Assembly (NCBI GenBank): GCA_964252035.1 | Contig: CAXUOO010000304.1 | Strand: one strand, 5' to 3' | Length of the DNA: 64,000 bases | Source: Podarcis erhardii | Lineage: Eukaryota | Shown: piece by piece, positions 51,912 to 62,335 of the stretch | How positions within the stretch are numbered: the stretch's first letter is position 1 | Layout of the letters: each line of letters begins with the position of its first letter | Made by a program: the position numbers and the translations under genes | The notes under the pieces: model-generated | The model's input: the letters and a program-made list of their open reading frames with translations, nothing else | What the model was told of the DNA's origin: nothing | Database searches by the model: none

Positions 51912-54900
51912 TCGAGGAAGAAGCTGCCTCGGCTGCGGCTGCTGCTGCTGCAGGCAAGTTTTGCAGGAACATCTGCAGCAACTCTTGCTGTCGCTGTTGC
52001 TCGTCTTTATCCAGTGCGGCTGTGGGTGAAGTTCGGCTTTCACTGACAGAATCAACAGCAGCGTCTTTCCTGTGCGAAGCAGGAGACTTTGAGGGTGCAA
52101 AGGCCTGTGTCCGCTTCGCTGTGGCAGCTGCCGCATGCACCAACGCCGTACTGCTGGAGTTCGTGGTCAGTCTGAGCAGCTGCGTCTTGCTGTCTCCATT
52201 GTTCACCCAGTGAAGCAACTCCTCCACTAGAGAACGCTGAGGCAGCAGCTGTTCTCGCAGCTGCAGTTGGCGCTGTAAAAAGAGACTCTCCGACGTGGCT
52301 GGTGCAGCTGTTCGCACGGGTTCGACTCTCTGCTGAGGCAGTGGATCTCCACTCAGTTTTTTGGGGTGATAAAGGACCCGTATGCACGGAGTCTCTCGCA
52401 GACGCTGCTGCAGAAGAAAAGGCAAGTGCTGCTGCTGCTGCTGTTGCTGCCGTTGCTGCAGCAACTCCACGGAACGGGCGTCTACTACCTTCTTCACTGC
52501 TGTATCAACACCGGGAAAAGACGCTGCAGCCGGACACCCACCTGTTGTGAGTGCTGGTGGATCTGACGGCGCCTCGTCTGCATGCACAAGAGGAAGAACA
52601 GCCTTTCTAGACACGTGAGCGTCGACCCCACTGCTTCTGTCTGCGACTCTGAGCAAGCCCTGTCGCCTCTCTCTGTTGTTTCGACACTCAGTCAGCAACT
52701 TGGGACCGCTCTTCGCCTCCTCCTCTGCTTGCGACGACTGCAGCGCTGCCTTCAAGTCTGCTCCTCTACCCTCACTTCTACTACGAATACGTCGACTTCC
52801 ACTACTACGAATACTGCTGCGCTGGTGGTCGGCAGTAGCAAGCGCCAGCGCAAGCGCAGCTCTTGTTTGCTCGCAGTTGGACTGTTGCTGGCGTCGTTTT
52901 GCAGCTGCCCACAAGCTGGGAAAAAAGCGCAGACGCGAGTGGAGCAGTGCATCTGGCAGCCACGACAAGCAGGCGCCTCCTCGAGTGTGGACTCTGCTTT
53001 TTTCCTGCTTCTGCTGGAGCTGAGAAAGAGCGCCGACGGCTGAATCGACAGCTGCAGAAGAGGCGAGTTCGGAGCGTCTCCACGAGGAGGTGGTGCAGCA
53101 GGGGTGGTTAGCTTCCGCATGCGCAGCACTTTGCGCAGCAGCCAGTGGACTTTCACCGCTGCTCAGTGCACTGCTGCGAGTCGCTGCTACGGCCTCTGAA
53201 CTGTGCGCCTCCTTGCTCCAGAAAGAAAGCGAGAAAACGTACAGCAGCGATCGCAGCAGCGACTTGGGACTCTCTGCTGCGTCTGCTGCTTGCGCTGCCG
53301 TCGTTAGTCTCGACGGAGACGGAGGAGGACGCAAAGGCAGATCTGCTGCTTCAGACAAAGTTTGCAGCACCACTTCTTCTCCTTGCTGCTGTCGGTGAGG
53401 ATGAGGATGCATCACCTGCTGCAGCAGCAGCGCCTCCTCTGCGCTCTCCGTCGCCGCTTCTTCTTCGTTGGCGCTTTGGCTGCTCCTGTTTCTGCTGCTG
53501 TGGTGGTGGAGGTTGCGCGTTTCTGCTTCCTTTTTTCTGCATGCGTTCGGTGGACAGGAGGACTCACCAGCACCAGCGCAGCAGCCGTCTGCGACAGACT
53601 GCCTAGCAGACTTCTGCTCCTGCACCCCTTCTTCCACTACTGCTGGATGCGAGTCTTTCGCCGTTTCTTTCGCTGTCGGCTCTTCTGCTGCTGCTGCTGC
53701 TCCGGTGGCTTCGAAGTAGTCAAGCGCAACTCCTGCCTCAAATGAGTCCTCCTCTTCCTCCTGCTGCTGCTGCTGCGGGCGTCTTTTCTGCTGAGGAAAC
53801 TCGCTTTCTTTCGCTACTTCTTCGACTGCTGCTGCTGCGAGAGCTTCTGTGCCCTCTGCGTCGACCCCACTCTTCTCCGTAAAAAATCGACTACCACTAG
53901 TACTAGTAGAACTACTCCCACCACCCCCAGAGGAAAGAGCAGAAGCAGCCGGATGTGGTGGAAGTTTCACTTGTTGTGGCTGCTGATGACGACGATCAGT
54001 GTTTGGAGCGATCCAGTGCGGTTGCAACGGATCGAGCCCTTTCTCCGCAGTTGCCGTTGGTTCCTCGAGTTTGTCGCGCTCTTGCTGTTGAGGCTGCAGA
54101 CGAACTTTCTCTGCTGCGCGTGGTGCAGCTTCCTGCTCTGCACGCACCGCAGCAGAAGTGCCGAAAGAGGCACCAGACTTTGAGTCTCGAGTTCCACGTG
54201 GAGACAAACTTTTTTTCATTTTTGGGGCTTCTTCTCTCATCACGCGTGTCGCTTGCGCAGCTGCTGCAGAGTCCACCGCCACTGCCGCAGAAAACAGCCG
54301 CTTCTCTGCACTCGCTGCAGCTGCAGACTGATACTTGTCCACAACAGACTCTGCAGCTGCTTCTGGGCTTTCTCTCACAGACCAGCCAGGCTCGACTACC
54401 ACTTCACCACCGTCTGCGTCTTCACATCTCTCTTGCTTTCCAAACAGGCGACAACTTCGCTGTGCGCTTTCCACTCCCACTTCAGCCGCCACCTTTTCAG
54501 TATTTCGTCTGTTTTGTTGCCCCTCTGCCTCTTGCTGACGATCTCCACCTGAAAAAACAGCAGCACAATTATCACCATCAGCAGCTTCTCCCTGAGCCAC
54601 TTGCGTCTTCTTTTCAACTGCCAGTGGTGACGTTTCGCAACGTTGTCGTTGCTCCTGTTTCTCCTGCTGCTGCTGCTTTGGGGTTCCACCTGTTTGTCGC
54701 AGCCGTTCTTCTTCTTTTGCTTCGTCACTCTTCTGCTGCTGTGTGGCTTGCTGTTTCCTCTCCTGTTCGCCACTGCGACCCTGCAGCGCGGGAAACTCTT
54801 CTTTTTTTGCATGCGACTGCTGTTCCGCCTGCTTCAACTGCGTCTGATCAAGATCCAGCGTCTGTTCAAGTAGTTGCTGGTGCTGGCTTTGCTGCTGTGG

Positions 54901-56002
54901 CTTCTGCTTTTCTTCTTCTTCTTCGCCCACTGCTAGTGGAGACTGCGAGAGCGTCTTCCCCAACTGTGCCTGCTTCTTCTGCTGTTCTTGCTTGTCTTGC
55001 AGCGCTGAAAGAGACTGCGACTGCAACTCCTCTTGCTTTTCGCTTCGCTGCACTTGGAGCCCTTGAAGCGGTAAAAGTGCAGAGAGCTGCCTCTTTGGTG
55101 GCTGCTGCAGCTGTTCAACTCCACTTGTTTGTTGTTGTTTTGGTATTTCTGCATCGTTTTCTCTCAGGCGTGGTTGCTTCGACTGCTGCTCCTCCACCAC
55201 TAGTTGCGGCGAAAACCCTTTTCTTTGCCTTGATGCTGACGACTCCCACTTAACTTGTGCATCCTCCACTCGCTCCTGCTGCTGCTGCTCCGCTTCTTTC
55301 TCGTGTAAATGTGCCACTTGCTCACTCTGGAAATCTTCTACTTGAACCTCACGCACTTGTTGCTGCTCACGTACAGACCCTCTTGCCTGCCGCCGCCCCT
55401 CTACTCGCTGCTCTTCCTGCAAAAATTGGATCTTCGCTCCTTGTTGCGCCTGTTCTCCAAATTGCGCCTGTTCACCAAATTGCGCCTGTTCACCAAACTC
55501 CCCCTTTTCTGCAGCCTCCCCCTTTTCTGCAAACTCCCCCTTTTCTGCAGACTCCCCCTTTTCTGCAAACTCCGCCTTTTCTGCAAATTGCCCCTTTTCT
55601 GCAAACTCCCCCTTTTCTGCAAACTCCCCCTTTCCTGCAGACTCCCCCTTTTCTGCAAACTGCCCCTTTTCTGCAAACTGCCCCTTTTCTGCAAACTGCC
55701 CCTTTTCTGCAAACTTTTCCTTTTCTCCTGTGGATGGCTCCTGCAACTTCTTCTCCACTTCTTCTTCTGCTTCTTCTTCCACCCGCTGTTGCTCCGCTCG
55801 CAGTTGTTGCTCTTGCTTGAGAAACTGCTGCTGCAGTTGTTCTTCTTGCAGTTGCTGCTGCAGTTGTTGTTGTTCTTGTTCACCTTGAATTTGCGACTCG
55901 AGGAATTGAATGCCAGTGGCGCCGAAGACTTGCAAAGCGGTGAGAGAGCAGTAGAAAAAGGCGTTTCTTTTTTCGTGAGAGATCAGACGCACTTTCAGGA
56001 AT
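51912..56002 (-). CDS. SUN-domain gene, 4,091-nt exon: end of SUN domain (FLKVRLISHEKRNAFFYCSLTALQVFG), then Q/E/A/S-rich low-complexity region
   Basis: Inside the 1514-aa ORF 51652..56196. Acceptor ttgtctgcag| gives ...CWAK-FLKVRL...YCSLT.LQVFG, the typical SUN C-terminal motif. Donor tcga|gtaagt at 51911 (phase 1). Confidence 0.88.
55444..55713 (-). repeat. 18-bp coding minisatellite, 15 units, encoding (F/S/A)AEK(G/A)(Q/E) x12 then FGEQAQ x3
   Basis: Read directly: plus-strand units such as ccccttttctgcaaact(c/g). The translation in the 1514-aa ORF is FAEKGQFAEKGQ...FGEQAQ. Confidence 0.95.
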
Positions 56003-56905
56003 CTGCAGACAAAGCGGTTTAAAAGACGCATGCGCATCGTTTGTTGTTCCTTCGTTTCGACTAGTGCTTTCCCAAAAACACTTGCGACTACAGCAACTCC
56101 CTGCAACTCCCTCACTACACAGAGTCGTCCAGCTTTTCTCGTGTGTCCGTGAGGTGTACATACACCCCCACACTCACACTGGAGCTGGAGACACACAGTG
56201 CAGCAGACACGCCCACCTCGGACCTACACTTTTGTATATACATATATATTTGTGTATACAGAATGTGATTATTCTATGCAGAGAAAGCTCTGCTTTGCAT
56301 TTTTTCCCGCCTCTTCAAGTGCATGTGCAGAGAAGCCACACTGAAAAACACCAAAAGCATCTGTTCTCCCCCTGTGACTAGAAAGGAGGATTGTTCTTGG
56401 AACCTGTACCGGGTACTACACACACATACACGTCGACTCGAGATACACGTATACAGACGAAAAGCTTCCACAGCTCTTTACTCTACTCATGGGGGGACAC
56501 GCAGAGACACAAATCGATATCCGAAAAATTCAGCTTTTTTCCACAAACTCGTGTATTTGTGTGTGTTTATATGTTTGTACGTTACGGCAGTGTGCGCGCG
56601 ACCCAGAAAATCTGATCGCAGTTTCTGATAACCTACTTTACCTCTACATAGAAACAAATCAGACCAATCGCTGCGTATATAAATGCAACTGTTTACGCAG
56701 TCGCCATAAGAGAGAGCAAGCAGAGTGAGCAGCGAAAAAGAAAAGCAACACCGAAAGCAACGAGAATTTGTAGAGCGAGAGTACTGAAAAATTGTTACTG
56801 AAGCACCAACCGTCTGCTAAACACGCACATGCATAATAATATTTGTATACTCACATATATATATATGATTGAAGTACGTTCACCCAGATAGAGGTACCAG
56901 TGGAT

Positions 56906-56946
<41 letters not shown>

Positions 56947-57247
56947 CTTCGTATATTGCTGTGTTTTTATCTTTAATTGTGCACGTAGGAGAAAAGCGCG
57001 GGGAACGATGTATTTGGAAAAACTCGGAGAATTCAAGAAAGGGTTCTACAGACTCCAAACCAGCAACTGCTGCAGCATAGTTGGAGACGTTATATTCAAA
57101 AAAAGGTGTAGATCATTCACTCAGAGCGAAGGGATGCTGCTACAGCACAAAACACGCACAAAGCAGCCAGCGTCAACCCAGGAAACGCGTAGACGCAGCA
57201 GCAACAACAGAGAAAAGCGAAAAAGGGAGAAATCGTCTTTCTCTCAC

Positions 57248-57379
57248 TTTGCCCAGCAAGCTCTTCCATCATGCAGCGTAGAGCACATTGTATTGACGTC
57301 GAAAATTTCTTGCGCAGTCTGCCAATTGGTCTCCAAGTTGGCCATCAGCCGCCACTGTTTTGTAGGGTAAGAATCCGAT
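57248..57379 (-). CDS. SUN-domain gene, internal exon: (G)SDSYPTKQWRLMANLETNWQTAQEIFDVNTMCSTLHDGRACWA(K)
   Basis: Acceptor ttgcatgcag| and donor |gtgaga; 132 nt, phase 2 to phase 2, in frame with both flanking exons. Carries the S..YPT..W..L..F/L motif of mid-SUN domains. Confidence 0.92.
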
Positions 57380-59034
57380 CTGCATGCAACAACATCACTG
57401 GATCAAACAAATCCACTACGATCAGCACCGCCAGAACATGCACCAGCAACACACCCAACACCATCACCACATGCAGCAGCACTATATGCGCAGAATCAGC
57501 GCATGCAGCAGCAGCACTATATGCGCAGAATCAGCACATGCAGCAAGAATACAAGCAAGGCTGCAGCAGTGTATGGCTGGGCTACACTAGCCCTGCAGCG
57601 AAAAAAAGCCAGCAGAAGCCGCCTCGATAATAAAGCAAAATTTTCAGCAACGTGCAACTACACTCAAGTCCCGTGAAATCCTTACTCTGCATATCTGCAT
57701 GCCATATCCCCTACACTGCAGAGATCACATTCTACTATATACTAAATTTATCAGTTCCTTGTTTGTTGCCCAAAGCAGACGGGTCTTTGTTGATTCGCCA
57801 GTCACCGCATTTACGACACATGGAATGTATGTATAGAAGCAATTGCAATATCATTGAAATACAAGAAGAAGAAGAAATAGAGAAACTAGAAGGGGCACCA
57901 CTGACAGAGAAGCAGCGGCGGCAAGAACCGAAGCATCAGCACAAGCCGAGGCAGCCAAATAATGAAGCGCAGAGTTGCAAAAGACATCGCAAATTAACAG
58001 CGATACACAGCTCACACCAAAGAAAATCTCTATGTCAACAGCTGTTTAAGCTTTTAGCTGCAGCAAAAACAGGCGACAAAAAGAAGCAGCATTAGTATTA
58101 AAAACGCTTGCCGCAGCAACAGCAACAACTGGTGATCTGAAGAAAACACATGCATTATACGCAGCAAAAACAGTACAGCAAAGTGTTATTTCCATAGAGA
58201 GAAAAGGAAGAGACAACAGCAGCATGTACGGTGGAGAAAAGGAAGAAGTCCAAAAACTGCATCCCCGCGACTCAGTAACTCTTCCACTTACGGTGTATGT
58301 ACACCGCATTATGATAGCAGCAAGAGAACGACTGTCCAGACCAGCGCTCTCGCTACAGATGAATGATAAATGTGCGAGTTCGTTCACACATGCAAATGTC
58401 AAATCAAGAAAAGAGAAGGTCACTAGGAACACGATGCCAGCACCACCCAGTGACAAAGACTAACACCTTCACTCATTTTGATGTGAATAATCCTTCTTGC
58501 TTTCCGGTGTACATACACCGTGCAAAAAACAATTCTATGTCCTGAAATGGCACTGAATTTGCATATATGCACTCAGACTGACGTCGATATAATCTTTGTC
58601 AAACAGTGAAAGCATGGCATTGCAAATTGAGGGAGAAAAAGCATAAAAAGTGCAGCAACAAAGATGCAGAAGCAGCAGCAACAGCAAGGGCAGTAACAGC
58701 AGAGATGTTATCAGCAGCTCCCAGAAACAAGAACAGCAGCAGTAAAAAGCTAACCGAGCAAATCAGCAAGAGCAGCAGCAAAAGCAAAACTGCGCCATAC
58801 TGCCAAAACAACCGCAGAAAGCAGCCAAGCTTCCAAGGGTAGTAGCTCTAGAAACAGGAATGTCAGCACTTTCCTTGTAGAATGAATCGCAGAAAAAAAC
58901 TAGAGAAGAACCGCCAGCCAGCCATCCAGCATAAGTACCGCTAGCACCAATAGCAGCAGCACGAGCAGCAGGTGTAGCCGCAGTAAGAGCAGCTGTAGCT
59001 ACAGTGGAGGAATATTGCAGAATCGTCTGCTTAC

Positions 59035-59186
59035 CCGAGAAGTTGAATATGCCGGAAAGCAGAAGCAAAAAGCTCCAAACTCCACACAGCCACTTGTTCC
59101 ACGTGAATTGGTTCTATAAAGGAGAGAACAAAAAACTTCTGCCGCAACTCGCAAGGCACCAGCATATACGAGTCAACGTCGCTTCT
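59035..59186 (-). CDS. SUN-domain (mid-SUN, Slp1/SUCO-type) gene, internal exon: RSDVDSYMLVPCELRQKFFVLSFIEPIHVEQVAVWSLELFASAFRHIQLL(G)
   Basis: Acceptor ...ggaacag| and donor |gtaagc; 152 nt, phase 0 to phase 2. The translation matches the Sad1/UNC SUN core pattern D.YML.PC...KF.V..(L/F).E.I.V..I.....E.F.S.F. Absent from the ORF track because it is short. Confidence 0.93.
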
Positions 59187-59252
59187 CTGTTCCCATACAC
59201 ACACAAAAACACCACCAGCAAAGAGAAAACATAATCATATACTAGTCGCAAG

Positions 59253-59296
<44 letters not shown>

Positions 59297-59592
59297 AGTA
59301 AACCATATCAACACAAATAGAAATACTTGTATACCAGATAAAGTTCAACCACGTTTGCAAAGTATCATATACTGTTGTGCAACGCATGCAAAGATCTATA
59401 CATATATATATATATACCAACTCAAAGATATCATTGAGTAGTGCAATTGTGTAGATTTGGAGACTGAATGCAGCTGGCGCTGTTTCTCATATGCACAGCA
59501 ATAAAAAGTACACACATTCCATGCGCGCGACACTGCAGAGCATCACCTCCTTGAATGACGTGATTTGTCTTCATCCACCTTGGTATCCCACT

Positions 59593-59627
<35 letters not shown>

Positions 59628-60224
59628 TAAACACAGAGCTTGGAAAGTATATATATATATATATTTATTTATATATAGGTAAGTACAGAAATTTTTATAT
59701 ATGAATTCACCAAACGCTGTTCGATATACTGGACACAACAATAAATCAAACAAATGGAAAGCGCATGAGCCGAAAACGACCACACATGCGATCCTGTTTG
59801 AACATCGATATGAAGTATCATATATACAAGTATTTTGCATATGTATATATATATATATTTTATATATATATGTATGTATAGACTACTATAGACGCACTCA
59901 ATATCACTTTCAGGTTGATTAGTTGCTTGACATGAAATTGGTCCTCAAAGATGAGCGCCAGATTGGATACACTCGGAGGTGCATGCAGCATAATAGGTGG
60001 GCCCTGATGACGAACGTAGGCACACACATGTTGTATTTGAAAATTTGATAAATTCTCGATGTGTGTATCATCCACAATTCTCTGTCCTGAAGTGGCACTG
60101 AATCTGCGCATATGCATTGAGACTGAAGTCATGTGCTGCTTCATATCTGAACTGAAGAGAGAAGAACACTGTGAGCTTGACGAAGAACAGCATCCTTCTC
60201 TCCCTACAGAGAAAGAAGCTTTAC

Positions 60225-62040
60225 CTGAACAGCTTTGACATTATGCATGCCTTTGCTACTGGCGACGATCCGGGCACCCGCGTCTAGAGACGCGAAATCG
60301 AACTTGAGTTGCTTTTCAGGTCGAAAAACTCTGCCTTTCAAGAAAGGCCTTCCATTCAAGAGGAGCGTGTGCTGCAGCACACGCTCTGCAGCAGGCGAAA
60401 AAGCGGAATTCCTTCGTGAGAAATTCGCATCCTCTTTCTGCGCTTCATCGACAGTAGCCGGCTCCTCACTGACGACAGTAGAAGCTTCTTCGTCAAACCG
60501 CTGTTTTTGCAAGTGCGACTGCAGTGCGCCTGCACTGGTGTAACGCTTCTCCTCCACCTCCTCTGCTGTTTCTATCGCTGTCTCTAACGCTGTCTCTATT
60601 GCTGTCTCTATTGCTGCTGCTGCCGCCTCCGTTCGCTGTGCTTTCTGTGGAAACTGCTGGGCCTCGTGGTTTTCTGCAGAACTTTTTCGTTCCTCTTGAA
60701 CAGAAAGCCGCGCAGAGGAAAGTTGCAGAAACTCCTCAGCGTGGAGTTTCTGCTGCGACTCTACACGCAACTTCTGCAGTTTCGACGCATGTTTCTCTTT
60801 TTCTGCTGCCGAGTAAACCTGTGCTGGCTGCGAGTAGTCTGCGCGAGTAGTGGTGGTAACACCCGCACCAAACTGCTGCAAAAGCAAAGTCGAGTCCTCC
60901 CCCTCCTCCTTCTCCTCCGCATTAGCAGCACTGACTACTGCTTTTCTTTCTCCTCCTTTTCCTTCTTTTTCTTTTTCTCCAGCAGCAGCAGACTGTCGAC
61001 GCACTGACGGGTGAGTGAGGAGCTCTGCAGAGTCTGCTCCTTCTGCAGCAGTCGTCCACCCCAATGTGTTTTTCTCCTCACAGAGAGTCGTTTGTTGGTG
61101 ATTTTTTCCCCCCCCTTCTTTGTCTTCGAGCTTTCCAGTGAATGTTCGATCTCCACCACCAGCTCGCGAAAAATCACACGCAGCCCGCTGCTGCTGCGCA
61201 AAGAAGCGCTTTTCTCGATTATGCAGCAGCAAGTTGTTCCCCTTTTCTTCCCACAGTGGGGGCTGAAGCTTTTTTCCAAGAGACTGCGCGTTAGTAGCAG
61301 CACCTCCTCTCTCTCGCTGTCGCTGTTGAGGAGCTTCTTGTTGCTGCTGCTGCGAAGTCTTCCGCAGCTGCTGCTGGTGAAAGCCCTTCTTCTGCTTTCT
61401 CCAACCCTTTCCGTTTCTGCGTTGAAACACCTCGTGGACGGCTGTTCTCTGCATGCATGCAGACTCAATTCCTTCCTGGGTAGTGGTAGTGGTGGTGGAG
61501 GAGGAGGAGGAGACGGACGAAAAGTGTGGGGACTTGTTTGGAGGAGCGAAGACGGCGAGATTTGCAGGCTCACAGCAGCCAGCGAAAGAGGCCGCGGAAA
61601 CTGCTGCTGCAGCAGCTTCCACAGGTGCACAGCTGTGGAGAATTGCGCAGGAAAAAAGATCTCCACTGCCTCCTTTTTCTTTTTCTTTTGCTTTTTCTTC
61701 GCTCGAGACTGCTGCGAATCCAGTCTCTGCCGTTTCGGAGACTTCGGAAAAAGCAGTGCCCCGAAAAAGAGAGTGTGCGGCTTGCTCTGCTCCTTCTCCC
61801 ACTCGCCAAAAACAACAACGCTCTGTCGCTGCTGCTGCTATCGCCACTGCTGCCATTTTGGGGTCTTTCGTTTTTCGGCTCTTCAGCAGCAGTCCCTTTT
61901 CTGCTTGCTCCTTCTCCGTCGCTGCGTTCTCCAAGTCTAAAGCAACAAACGCATCAAGAGGCAGCTCGCGAACCTTCAAAGAAAACACCTCAAAAAATCC
62001 ACTCCTAAGCTTACTACTACTACGAGTTCCACTCCTACTC
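60225..62040 (-). CDS. SUN-domain gene, large low-complexity exon ending in the SUN N-terminus (KFDFASLDAGARIVASSKGMHNVKAVQ)
   Basis: Lies within the 625-aa ORF 60204..62081. Acceptor cttctcactgctcag| at 62041 and donor cag|gtaaag at 60224. FASLDAGARIVAS resembles the (N/D)(Y/F)AS...GA.I start of Slp1/SUCO SUN domains and splices in phase 0 to the 59186 exon. Confidence 0.85.
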
Positions 62041-62335
62041 CTGAGCAGTGAGAAGTGAGCAAAAAAACAGACCATATACATATATATATGTGTGTGTGTG
62101 TGTGTGTGGGTATGTCTGCTGCTTGGTCTTCGTATTGTGAATGAAATGGTGCACAGTGCAGCAGCAGCAGCGGCGGTTGTTGGTTCTGTGTAGATCCGTC
62201 ATCTATATATATATATATATATGTATATGTATATGCGCACATTTTCTTGCGGGAGAAGGTGTGTGTCGGTTGAAGAAGAAGCACGCGCCAAACAGACAAA
62301 CATTCAAAGAAAAAGAGCGCGTTTATTTTACTGAC

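Noticed and set aside
57474-57545. 36-bp tandem duplication (gcagcagcactatatgcgcagaatcagc.cat) in an intron
   Set aside because: Simple slippage next to CAG repeats with no further structure.
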